64,000 bases of DNA from NCBI RefSeq assembly GCF_036321535.1, contig NC_087437.1:14138001-14202000 (forward strand), in the 5' to 3' direction. The position numbers and the translations under genes were made by a program. The stretch's first letter is position 1, and the number at the start of each line of letters is the position of its first letter. Origin of the DNA: Camelus dromedarius (taxonomy: Eukaryota). Under the pieces are notes generated by a model. It searched no databases. It worked only from the letters and a program-made list of their open reading frames with translations, and was not told the DNA's origin. Below, in pieces: positions 42,200-55,094 of the stretch.

Positions 42200-42870
42200 T
42201 TTAAAAAAGTAGTTTATTGAAGTGTATTTTACATGAACTGAAACACAGACATCCTAAGTATATAGTTCAATCAGTTTTGACAAATGTATACACCTGTGTA
42301 ACCCATCCTTCTATCAAGATTTAGAACATTTCTAATACCCCATAAAGATCCTGTGTGCCCCCTTCTAGTCCATCACACCCTTCAGAAACAATCATTTTTC
42401 TGATTTCTACTGCTGTGTATTAGTTTTGCCTGTTTAGAACTTCGTATTTTCTTGTGTTTGGCTTCTTTCATTTTCAGGATAATGTTTTTGAAATTTAGCC
42501 ACATTGTGGATATAAGGAACACATTCTTTTCTTTTTTTCTGTATAAGATTCCACTGTATGAATATACTACAGTGTATTAATCCACGCTCCTATTAATGGC
42601 CATTTGGGTTGTTTCTAGTTCTTAACTCTTAAGAATAGGCTAAAGACAGCCTTGTACAAGACTTTGTATAGACAAGTATCTTTCTATCTTTTAGGTAATT
42701 ACCTAGAAGTGGAATTACTGTGTCAATATATGCATGTTTAACTTTTTAAGAAACTGCCAAATGGTTTCTTAAAGTATGTGAGAATTCCAGTTTTTCCATT
42801 TCCTTGCTAACATTTGGTGGTGTCAGAGTTTTTTCATTATAGCCATGGGCGTGTCATGGTACCTCTGGTT
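42200..42870 (-). mobile_element. Ancient L1 3' end (L1MC/ME-type)
   Basis: tttattgaagtgtattttacat..ttttgacaaatgtatacacctgtgtaacc..aagaaactgccaaa. Confidence 0.7.
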
Positions 42871-44061
42871 CTTTTTCCCAAGTTTTCCTGGATTCTTAAA
42901 CTATATCTGTGGAACCCCCTTGGGGTACGTTCATGCAGTTATACGCAAAAATATATGCCTGCTTATATTTTCATGAGGTTAGAAACTACATCAATTTCAG
43001 CTTCTTAAAGTAACCCCTCACTCCCTCAAATGATAACAGTTATACAAGCAGTAGTCTCTGAAGATGGAATTTTTGGTCAGTTTGATAGGGTAGGCCATAA
43101 TTAAGTAGCAGCAATCAACTATTTATATTCTTACACCTTAAAGAGTTTGTTTTACTGTAACATGCAGTTGAACATAACACAAATTCTTACCAGCTCTTGA
43201 TGTCTTAAGATACCATTTGGCCCAGATTTCTAAAATGTCCTCATGTATCATCCATAATCCTTTCTATAATGAAAATCATGTCCTCTGGCTCTGTGCTATT
43301 TATTAGGAAAGGAAATTTGCATTCCTGATTTGATTAAGGAAAAATCAGCCATGGAGACTTTCACAAGGAATGTTTTGTGGTCTACCTGAAACTTGAGCAA
43401 AGAAAATGGGTAGGGATAATTGCCACAGACGTTCAACGTGCCCTATAAGGCCCAATTTATTATTGTGATTAGCCTCATCAATGTAGTCTTTTAGGAATTT
43501 GCTTCCTAGATTGTTGTTTATTTTCATATGCATAATTTAGCAAAAGTTTTCAAAGCACCGTTTGTGTGTGTGTAACTTAAAAAGGCAGTGAGCTTCAGAA
43601 GAGAGGAAGTTTCCTTTTTGCAACCTCCTCACATTCAGTTTTAGAATTCACACTGAATGAATTCAAGGATTAAAGAAAGAATTGAGAAATGTTTGCTCAT
43701 TCTATGGATGTCCTGTTTATGCCCATTTCATAGTGTGCCATTAATTTTAACGGTCATTTCCAGAATAATAATAAGAGAGCCAGCTTCTAGCATTTATCTT
43801 TGTAAATGCCTTTTGTTAGGCGTTTGGGTTTGACTAAAAGTAACATAGAATTATGAGTTGACCAATCTACACTGCATTCTATTCATTGCTTAAGTATTAA
43901 AATAATGAATAAGATAATAATGAATAATGAATAAGAAGGATAGTACTTCATTCCAGACTATTATGCTCATAAAGGCATTAGTTTAGTATCTCACCGATGG
44001 TCATTTTGTCATTTGCTATAATTAGGGAGAAATGGAGCAGGAGAGAATGTTCTGATATGCT

Positions 44062-45345
44062 TTTATTTTTTGATAACAGATTTAATGAGATATAATTCAC
44101 ATACCATACAACTCACACATTTAAAGTGTACAATGTAATGGTCTTCAGGGCTGTGCAACCAACAATACAATCAATTTCAGAACATTTTTATCACTCCCAA
44201 GAAACCCTTTACCTTTTAACAGTCACCCCCCCACCTCAATTTCCCCTCAGCCTTTTCAGCCCTACATAGCCACATATCTACTTTCTGTATCTACGGATTT
44301 TTGTGAATTTGCCTATTCTGGACATTTCATGTGAGTGAAACTGTTGACTGAAATAAATGCACAGGCTGGAAATTGAGAGTTATGTTTTATTTGGCAGAAG
44401 AACTGGAGGGAGCCGGGATGACAGCCTCTCAGATTGCTCTGAAGGACTGCTCCGAAGAGATAGGGGAGGAGCTAGGATATATAAGAGTTTTACAACAAAG
44501 ATCAGGTAGTTGGAACATTAATAAGAGAATACTTGTTAACTGAAGAAAACCAGGCATCTCAAGTTGAAGTATTTAGCACTTTTCTTTGTATGGAAGGGAG
44601 GAAACATTCGGGCTCGTTGAATTCATTTTTTTGACAAGCACCTAGCTATCTAGGGCCAGTATCCTGTCCTTTCTTATTCTGAGTCCTCTCAGAGTGCAGC
44701 ATTGTGAGTGGCTGCAGAGGCCGGGCTGCAGGCTTGTCTTCACTGAGGGGTGGCAGCAGCTGCTGACTTGATGGCTTCAGCATTCTTTGTTTACTGATAT
44801 GGCGTGCAGTATTTTTCGTTCACAAAAATCATACAATATGTAGTCTTTTGGGACTGTCTTCTTTCAATTACCATAATTTTTTGAGGTTTATCCATATTGT
44901 AACATGCATCCTCCATTGTTGGAGGATATTCCATTGTGTAAATATATTACATTTTATTTATACATTTGTCATTAATGGATGTTTGTATTGTTGCCACTTT
45001 TTGGCTATTGTGAATAATGCTGCTATCAACATTTGCACAGACATGTGTTTTCAGTTCTCTTGATATTTACCTAGGAGTGGAATTGCTGGGTCACATGGGA
45101 AGTCTAGGTTAACCTTTTGGGAAAATGCTACACCGTTTTCCAAAGCTGCTACACCATTCTACGTTCCCATGAGCTGTATGTGAAGTAGTATCTCGTTGTG
45201 GTTTTGAATTTCATTTCCTTGATGGCTAGTAATGTCAAGTATCTTTTCATGTGCTTATTGGCCATTTGTGTATTTTCTTTGGAGAACTATCTTTTCAGAC
45301 TCTTTGCTTGCTTTTTAATTGGGTTGTATTCTTACAACAGTTCGA
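44062..45345 (-). mobile_element. L1MB-type 3' end, interrupted by a solo LTR
   Basis: gagatataattcacataccatacaactcac..ttgcctattctggacatttcat|LTR|atcatacaatatgt.. Confidence 0.75.
44342..44824 (-). mobile_element. ERV1-class solo LTR (MER41-like), 483 bp
   Basis: TG..CA termini with aaac/aaaa flanks. Cleanly splits the host L1 at gtgaaa|atcatac. Confidence 0.8.
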
Positions 45346-46019
45346 AGAGTTTTGGTATGTGTTTGAGTAATAGCATGAAATAGAAAAAAAGTATGGGTAT
45401 CTCTGAAAATGATAATAGTATAGGTATTGATAGAGATGCTTGGAAGCACATAACTTAAGAGTGGAAGCCACCATAAAGATGGCCGAGGCAAAGCCTTCCT
45501 TTTATAAATGAGGAAACAAATTATTGTAAAGATTAAATGATTTCCTGAGAAGCAACAGCCAGGAGGTTGAAGAATGGGGACTTAAGCCCAAGTGCTTATG
45601 CAGAATTAGCCACTCTAGCTGATGCATTTTATTGCTTGGAAATGCAAAATGATGCTCTGTGCTGCCAAGAATTCTTAGATCTTTGTTTGCTTCTTGTTCT
45701 TTAAAGATAAGCACAACATTTATATTTATTGCTGTGGATCATACCAGTTTCTGTGTTGGGTAAGACTAATGGGTGATGAGTTAGAGCAGTGCCTCTCGGG
45801 TTTGAGCTTGCATCAGAATTGCCTGGAGAGCTTCTGGAAACACAACTGTGCCCAACATACTTAATGTGCAAGATCATATAATATATTTTTTAAATAATGA
45901 CACATGATGCACGGGTGCCATTGACAAAGGTTGAAAAGTGTGTAGCACTTATTACATGACTCCAAATAAACATTTATTGAGTGGAAATTGAAAAACATAG
46001 TTGAATGTGTAATCTACAA

Positions 46020-46210
46020 CCATGGTTCTGAAATGAACATGTGTCAGAATCACCTGGAGGGCTTATTAACACACATATTGCTGGCACACACCCCCTGAGT
46101 TTCTGATTTAGTAAATTTGTGGAGGGACCCAATAATTTGGATTTTTAACAAGTTCCCAGGTGATGCTGATGCCTGCAGGTCCAGGGACCTCACCATGAGA
46201 ACCACTGCAC
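46020..46210 (+). mobile_element. MER5A-like MITE (others at about 16270-16435, 45785-45850, 54495-54640, 56905-57062)
   Basis: cagaatcacctggagggctt..aacaagttcccaggtgatgctgatg..gagaaccactg. Confidence 0.75.
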
Positions 46211-47242
46211 TAGAGGAAAGAAAACATTTCAGTGCCTGGGGCAAGGATAATGTGGTGGAGGGCAGGACTAAATTACAACATAATACCATATACAAGTGAA
46301 AAATCTTATTTTTAATCTTTTTCAGTGTATACGTTGGAATACATAACTTGTTTTTTCTTACACTGGCTTGAAAGGGAGATTGTAACAAAAATAGCAGGCC
46401 TTTTGATTTCCCTAATCACAAACTGCAGAATTTTATACCATCTAAACATTAAATATAATTATATATGTATAACATACATGAAACATTACATATAATTATA
46501 TATATATATATATGAAAACATTTGACAAGGATATTTGGCTTCATTTGTTACCTAGAATTCTTATTTTTTTCTAAAACAAGGCAGCAAGAAGATATCATTA
46601 TGATGCAGCTGGAAAGATGATCAAATTTCTCTGGAAGAGCTAAGTCATGGCCATGTGCTTAGCGTCCTTAACACTGAATCTTGTAGACCTTAGGTCCTCT
46701 GTAAATACTTGCTGAATGGATGAATACTTTATCTGCCATGGATTTTACTTTGGCTCAATCATGGTAACTTTCAAGTTGAAGAACATGGCTGATAAATTTT
46801 AGCCATGATTTTCAGACTTCCACATCAAGATGAGAGGCATATGCCTTTCATTAAATCTTTCTGAACCCTTATACATCTTTTTCTCCTGGGAGTTCTGAGC
46901 CAATAACTGTACTTAACCTGTAGGCTTTAGGTGATCAAATATATTTTAAAATAAATATCACACATTGAGCACAAATTATGCTACTCAGTTATTGCCAATT
47001 TCTGAGAGAGTTCTGAGATGAAGTATTTGGACATTATCTAATGAATCAGCCTAGATAGAGTATGTTTTACGTCTTTAGAATACTTATTGTTTTCATTGAA
47101 TTGAGTTTAAGAGTTAGGAAATTTTTGTGGATAACCTTAAAAAAGTTGTTAATCTTAAAAAAAAAGAATGGATCCAGGGTTGAATTATCTACATAAAACT
47201 TGGAGAATTCTCATAAGGTAAGATACCAAGTCTAAAGTGTTA

Positions 47243-48537
47243 TTGGGAACGCTGGACAGCCACATGTAAATCAATGAAATTACAATGCTCCCTCACACCA
47301 GACACAAAAATACATGACACCATAAACCTCCTAGAAGAGAACATAGGCAAAACATTCTCTGATATAAATCATAGCAATGTTCTCCTAGGGTAGTCTACCA
47401 AGGCAATAGAAATAAAGGCAAAATAAACAAATGGGACCTAATTAAACTTATAAGCTTTTGCACAGCAAAGGGAACCATAAATAAAATGAAAAGACAACCT
47501 ACAGAATGGAAGAATATTTGCAAATGATGTGACTGACAAGGGCTTAATTTCCAGAATGCACAAACAGCTTATACAACTCACTAACAAAAAAAAAAAAAAC
47601 CCAATCTAAAAATGGGCAGAACGTCTAAACAAGCATTTTTCTAATGAAGACATACAAATGGCTAATAGGCTCATGAAAAGATGCTAATTATCAGAGAAAT
47701 GCAAATCAAAACTACAATGAGGTATCACCTCACACTGGTCAGAAAGGCCATCATTATAAAGTCCACAAACGATAAATGCTGGAGAGAGTATAGAAAAAAG
47801 GGAACCCTCCTACACTGCTGGTGGGAATGTAGTTTGATGCAGCCATTATGGAAAACAGTATGGAGATTCCTTAAAAAACTAAAAATAGACTTATCCTATT
47901 ATCCAACAATCCAATTCTTGGGCATATATCCAGAGAAAATTCTAATTTGAAAAGATACATGCACCCCAATGTTCATAGCAGCACTATTTACAATACAATT
48001 GAAGCAACCTAAATGTCCATCAACAATGGATAAAGAAGTTGTGATATATGTATGCAATGGAATATTACTCAGTCATTAAAAAGAGTAAAATAATGCCATT
48101 TGCCACAACATGGATGGACTTGGAGATTGTCATACTAAGTGAAGTAAGCCAGAAAGAGAAAGAAAATACCATGTGATATCACTTATATGTGGAATCAAAA
48201 AAAAAAAAAAAAGACACAAATGAACTCATTTACAAAACAGAAACAGAGAAACAGACTCACAGACATAGAAAACAAATTTACGGTTACCAGAGGGGAGAGG
48301 AGGAGGCATGGAGGGATAAACTGGGAGTTTGGGATTTGAAGATACCAAGTACTATATATAAAACAGATAAAAACAACAAGGTCCTACTGTACAGCACAGG
48401 GAACTATATTCAATATCTTGTAATAGCCTATAATGAAAAAAAATTAAAAAGGAATATATGTATAACTGAATCACTATACTGTATGCTAGAAATTAACACA
48501 ACATTGTAAACCATCTATACTTCAATTAAAAAAAAAT
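47243..48537 (+). mobile_element. 5'-truncated L1: ORF2 C-terminus, 3'UTR and A tail
   Basis: ORF 47681..47950 ([38 protein letters not shown]) is the ORF2 Cys-rich domain. A tail at about 48527-48537. Confidence 0.92.
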
Positions 48538-50901
48538 ACACCGTCTATATTTCCAGAACCAGCATGCAATTTATTTTCCTGTTTGCCATTTTCTAAAATG
48601 GCAAAATGTATAAGTAACCAACTAGCTGATTGCCTGTTGGGGCAAGTGCAGTGGAAGAGTGCTTGGGCTTTGGCGTCAGAGCTGTGTTTGTATTCTGGCT
48701 CTGTTACGTCCAAGTTGTCTGACTGTAGCAGAATCTGTGTTGTGTCGCTCAGATCCCTATTCAGGACTGAAGAACTTATTCTCTCCAGCTGCTGCAAGTG
48801 CTAGACTGTGTCCAGTTGTCACAGGAATATAAAATCCTAGTCCCCTCACCTCAACTTGGGACAACTCTTAAGGGTCGTAATAGCATTGAAGCTCAAATCC
48901 CCCCTCGCCCATCCCTGCTTCCTTCCCTTCCCCTCCAGGTACTAATCCTGAGAATTCTGTCCACAGATTTTCTGAACACAAATCTCTGTCTCAGGGTCTG
49001 TTTCCTATCAACCCAGTGTGCAACAGCGATCTTTTATAAGTTACTGACCTTCTTTGACCTTAAAAGAAGCTTCCTATAACAAAGCCTATCTCATTTAAGC
49101 GTTATCAGAACTAAATTAGATCATTCCCTGGCACAATGTCAGATACCAGATAGATGCCCAATAATGTGAAATTCTTTTCTGTTTTCCAGGTATATTTCCT
49201 TCCTGCTTGTAGCTAAGTCAGTTTTCCCCAGACCACTGACCTTATGCAACCACTCATACCTGGAAGAATCTGAGATCTGAGATTCTGTGAAAACTTTCAG
49301 TTGGTTTCCCAACCTCAGAAAACTAGTTCCATTCTGGAACTAGTTATAGAGAAAGAGGGTTGATAGGACATTACCACAATGCCACGTAGACCAAGCTATG
49401 GTTTCCAATGGCTACTTCTGATTAAGTTTCCTCTGACTTCCAAGAAAATGAATGGTAAACATTTTTAAAGTTAAGGTTCTCATGTTCAGTTTAATGAGTC
49501 AACTTGAGAGAATATGACACTGCTTTGAGAGGCAGGCTTTTTTCTTTTTTTAAATAAGATTTTATTCTTTTCTGCTCAAAAATACCATACACCAAGTACA
49601 TACTTCACTGTGCTTCACTGTGCAACCTACTGGATCATCTGGTAAGTAAAGCCAACAGTGTCATACACATGGTATAGCACTGCTCATTAAAACTGGGAAG
49701 TCCACAGTCCACGTTACAAAAGGGGTTTAACCCAGATGAGGGCTTTCGTAGTGATTATGATTGCTCACTTTGATAAACATTTATTGAGGATAATTCTGTG
49801 TGAAGTTCTGAAATTGTACAGATGAAGAAGGCATGGTCATCTGCCTTCAAAATCTTATCTGCTAGCCCTTCAAGTTGCTTGCCATATGCAATTCTTTGTG
49901 AGTAGGAAGGGGGATCAGAAATGGAAAGCCAAGTTTTATTTTTTAACTATAATAGAAATCTATGTAATAGAGAGTAGCAAATATAAATTACTCATTATTC
50001 CTCAATATCCATTCTATCCTGCTTCCTTTTAGTAACAAACTACTTCCCCACAATTTTAACTGGGCGTATGTCGATCTAGATAGAGACTACATTTCCCAGA
50101 CTCCCTTGCTGTTAGATGTGACCACATGACTACATTTTGGACAATGGAATATAACCAACAGTGATGTGTGTGGTTTCTGGGTCACACCTTAAAAAGAAAA
50201 ATCTTTGCCACCACTCTCTGTCTCCACACTGCTGACTGGGAGATGACCCATCCATAAGTGAACACTATATACTGAGAATGTAGAGACACCTCCAAAGTGT
50301 CTGGAATACCACATAAGAAATAGATTTCTGTCTTATTTAAGCCCCTATATTTTAGGTTCTTTTTAACCTACACCCTGACCAATCCATGTATTATCTCACT
50401 TAATCCTTATAATTAACATGTGAGGTAATTTTTGGTATCCCCATTCATAGGTGAAGAAACTGATTCAGAGATTAATTTGCCCAAGCAAGTAGGAAAACTT
50501 GAATAAAGTCCAGATAATTTACTTCAAATCTAATTCTTTTCTCCAAATCAAATCTTTTCAGGAGAAAACTAAAACATCTTCTAGTCCAGAAAGTAGAGGT
50601 CAAGGAGACATAACCAAAAGTTCATAAAATCAAGTAAGGATAGTTTGAATTTGTCTTGTTCATCAGATCTTTTCTATTAGAGCTGGGTTAGGGAGGCTTA
50701 TTTGAAGATTAAAACCAGCAGAATTAAAGTTAATAAAAAGGATTGTCCTATTTTGCATAGAAAGTCAACTAAGAGAAATCACTACTCCAAGAAGTGAAGA
50801 CTGAAAGTATAAGTTGGCTGAAGGTGGATTAGGTCATCTGTTCACAAAAGACTCAGATTAGGGAAGTTTTGTAGGTGTTTGGGTCCATCCTTAACTTGTA
50901 G

Positions 50902-53108
50902 GGTTTTTTAAAAAATTTTTTAAAAAATTTATTTATATATTAATTTTACAATATCATATTTTTAAAATTGAAGTATAGTTGATAGACATTATTAAATGTT
51001 ACAGGTATACAATGTAGTGATTCACAAAATTTTAAAGGTTTTACTCCATTTGTAGTTATTATAAAATATTGGCTATATTCCCCATGTTGTACAATACATC
51101 CTTGTAGCTTATTTTATACCTGATAGTTTCTACCTCTTGATTCTCCACCCCCATCTTGCCCCTCCCCCTTCCCTCTCCTTACTGTTAACCACTAGTTCTT
51201 CCTCTGTATCTGTGAGTCTGTTTCTTTTCTGTTATATTCACTAGTTTGTCGTATTTTTTTAGACTCCACATGTAAGTGATATCTTACAGTATTTGTCTTT
51301 CTCTGATTTATTTCACTTAGCATAATACCCTCCAAGTCCATCCATGCTGTACACCAGAAACTAATACATTTTAAATCAACTGTACTTCAATTAAAAAGCA
51401 AACAAACAAACAACCCATTTAAAATATGTGTAGAAGGACTGAAAAGATATTTTTCCAAAAGAGGAATGCAGATGGCCAACAGGAACATGAACAGTTGCTC
51501 AGCTTCACTAATATCAGGGAAATGCGAATCAAAATCATGAGATATCGTCTCACATCTGTCAGAATGGCCATTATCAAAAAGAACACAAATAATAAATGTT
51601 GGCAAGGATGTGGAGAAATGGGAACCCTTGTACACTGTTGGTAGGAATGTAATTGGTGCAGCCACTATGGAAAACAATATGGAGGTTTCTCAAAAACTCC
51701 AAAATAGAACCACCATATAGCCCAGCAATTCCACTCCTGGGCATATACCCAAGAAAAACAAAAATGTTAATTCAAAAAGATATGTACACCCCACTATTAA
51801 CAGCAACATTATTTATAATTGCCAAGATACAGAAGCATTCTAAGTGCACATCAATAGATGAATGGATAAAGAAGATGTAGCATATATATTCAATGGAATA
51901 CAACTCACCCATAAAAAAGAAGGATATTTTGCCATTTGTGGCCCTTCATTCACTGTTTTTTTTCCCCACTATTTGTATTTTTAGGTAGGTTAGTTACACT
52001 TCTTGACCATGGAGAAGTGGCCCTCTGTGGGAGATGTCCTATGCCTCCCAGCAGCACACTCCTCTCCTGTCACCCGAGGGCCAGGGTCCAGCTGGTTCCA
52101 GGGTAGTGTCTGGTCTGTGTTTGCAGATTCCTTCCACAGGCTTTGGGATTGTTGTTTTCATATTTCTGGTATCTGCCCCTTCTTATTTCTGGTATCTGGT
52201 TTTCTTACATCTGGTATCTTATTTATGGTATATGCATAAGACTGCAGAAGAGTCTTTCGCAGCTTTCCTGACAGGAGAAGCCAGTGCCTGCCCACTGCTG
52301 GGTGGAGCTTGGTCCCTGACCTCTCGTGGGTAGGGCCATGTCTAGAGGCCTTTGTGACCTAGGAAGTCTGCTGACAGGTTGGGCTGTGTTCCCACCCAGT
52401 ATGTTGTTTGGCCTGAGGGTTCCCCGCCCTTAAGCCTACAGGCTGTTGGGTGGGGCTAGGTCTTGGTGCTAATGATCCAATCAAGATGTCAGCCTCCAGG
52501 AAAACTCATGTAGATGAACACTCCTGGAATATCTGCCACCAGCTTTTATGTCTCCTGTGTGAGCCATAGCTGTCCCCTACCTCCCCAGGAGACCCTCCAA
52601 AACCAGCATGCAGGTCTGGCCCAGGTTCCTATGAAATCACTGCCTCTGTCCTTGGACCTGGTGCACACGAGATTCTATACATGCTTCCCAAGAGAATGAA
52701 GTCTCTGTTTCCCGCAGTCCTCCTGGAGTTAAGCCCCACTGGCCTTCAGAACCAGTTGTCCTGGGGTCTCCTCCTCCCAATGCTGGAACCCCGAGCTGGA
52801 GAACCTGATGTGTGGCTCAGAACTCTCACTCCTGTGGAAGGGCCTCTGTGACTTAATTATTCTTCAGCTTGTGGGTCACTCACCCAGGTTGTATGGGGCC
52901 CAATTATATAGTGAGCACGTCCCTCCTACCATCCTGCTGTGGTTCCCTCTTCATGTTTCCAGTTGAAGAAGTTCTTTTTTGCCAGGTTCCAGTCTTTTTT
53001 TTTTTTTTTTTTTTTTTTTAATGCTTGTTTAGCAGTCAGTTGTGATTTTGTTATAGTTGTGAGGAGAAGCGAGCTCATGGTCCTACTACTCTGCCATCTT
53101 GACCGGAA
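50902..53108 (-). mobile_element. Composite non-autonomous L1 derivative, copy B (2.2 kb)
   Basis: L1 5'UTR (about 51970-53108), inverted ORF2 C-terminus plus tail (51346-51942), 3'UTR (50902-51349). Perfect 15-bp TSD atccttaacttgtag (50887-50901 / 53109-53123). Confidence 0.88.
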
Positions 53109-53697
53109 ATCCTTAACTTGTAGTTTTAAGTTTTAAAGAAGAGCTCTGCATTCCCCCACCAAGTTCCCCTTGGGGACTCTCTGCCAGAAATCTCAGATGG
53201 ACTGGCTGGCACAGCACGGCATTCCTTAAATTCTCATGCTGGTGCTGGCACAGCACACCAAGCTGTGAGGAGCTGTGCTGCCAACAACTTCAATGAGGAA
53301 GAGGCAGACCATATGCTAAGATGTGACCTCAGTAAATGTCCTTAACTTCACAGTGATGAACAAGCAGGTGCCTAACAACCATGTTTTGAAATTATGTCAC
53401 AGTCTGGGTTTTGGAAGAGCAACAATTCGTCCTTTATCCACCACCAGAAGACTGCGGGTTGTCTGTGAGTTGGTTGCTCTTGGAAGTTTTCTTATGTGAG
53501 GACCCTCAGAATGAAAGCAACACGAGTTCATCCTTTGTCTTTGAGAAGGGCCATGCTCCCCTACGTGTGGTCTCAAGTCATCTGCCTCCTTTCAAGCCCC
53601 AGACCCCTTGTCTTCCTTCTTTTGCTGGGATTTGCTCCATCAAATGTCCCTCTTAATTGACACCTCAATCTTTCCATCTGGTGTCCCTGTTTGTTCC

Positions 53698-53699
<2 letters not shown>

Positions 53700-53737
<38 letters not shown>

Positions 53738-53743
53738 CACACA
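53700..53743. repeat. (CA)n microsatellite
   Basis: About 22 CA units with one CG interruption. Confidence 0.95.
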
Positions 53744-53747
53744 TCCT

Positions 53748-54353
53748 TGTGGTGATTTTGTAATGTGTTAAGTTGGCTAAGCTGAATTGCATTTCCCAGA
53801 GTTCCCTTTCCTGTCTGTTTCTAGTTATTTGGGCTGGAGTGAGATTCTTGAGGGAGATTTGGAGGGTGGAGGTGAAGCAGCAGCCATTTTGCAGCACGCA
53901 CGCATTGCCGCTTACCTGCTGGCTCAGCTGGTTGCCGTGAAGTGACAGCCCCATCTGCAAGGGCCCTACCTTCCCCTGGACCCTCCTCCCGTGTGCTCCC
54001 ATTCCTAGGCCAGGTGTATGTATTTAGCTCCATGAAGAAGGTTCCAGCTTCTGCAGGACAACCACACCACACACTCAGAGGCAGTGAGAGCCGACATGGG
54101 TCTCTGTCCATCCTTGTGGGGCCCCAGCTTATGTCTGTGGGCTCCAGGCAGCTCTTGCTCTCCTTCACATCACACTCATCTTCCCTTCTATTTACCCCGT
54201 GGACTTCACACTCCGTCTCCGAATGCAAAGACAACAGCCTCACAGAGACTGCTTGGCCAGCTCCCATAATTCTGTATGGTCAGATCCCTGTAAACAAATC
54301 CCTCTGTGTACACACACACACACACCTCCCAGTGATTAGCTGTTGCTGATACA
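53748..54353 (+). mobile_element. ERVL-class LTR (MER54/MER74-like)
   Basis: tgtggtgattttgtaatgtgttaagttggctaagctg..catttcccagagttccc start and ..ctgataca end. Confidence 0.65.
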
Positions 54354-54734
54354 CACCTCTTGACATTTTTACCTAAAACCCCTAAATTATATACTGCCCA
54401 CATTCTTCCTTTCACCCCAACATTCTCTAGAACACAGTTTATGATTCAACATCTCACTACAACAAACTCATGTAAGTATTTTCAAAGTGACCATGTCAGA
54501 ACTCTTGTTAAAAATGCAGATTCCTAGGCCCCACCTCCAGACCAATTGAACCAAAATCTCTAGGGGTGGATGCTGGAATATGTGTTTTGAACAAGCTCTC
54601 CCCAGACTGGGATGCAAAGCAGAGTTCCAGAAGTACTGCTTGATTCTCTGTAAGCTGGGCTCTCTTCCATTACATTCTTGTGTATCTTCTGTACTTCTCT
54701 GGAATCTGCTCTCTTGAGTGGCAAGAGTCAACTT

Positions 54735-54875
54735 CTTTTCTTTTCTCTTCTTTTTAATTGAAGTATAGTCAGTTACAATGTGTCAGTTTCTGGTGTACAG
54801 CACAGTGTCCCAGTCATGCATATACATACATATATTCGTTTTCATTAAAGGTTATTACAAGATATTGAATATAGT
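54735..54875 (-). mobile_element. Short L1 3' tail
   Basis: aattgaagtatagtcagttacaatgtgtcagtttctggtgtacagc. Confidence 0.8.
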
Positions 54876-55094
54876 AGTTTGTTTTCTGACTTTGGTCTTC
54901 AGGAGCAGTTGACATTATTGGAAACCCTTTCTTTCTATTCTTTATGTCCTCGTAGGTGTATGTCCTGATGGGTCGCCCCTAAAATTTTCTGATCTGTTCC
55001 AGCTACTAGGCACCTAGGACTCCAACCTAACTCTCCTCCTTACCCTCACTTCTTTTTGTCTTCTTAGCTAGAATTTCCCAATGTAATATCTCAA

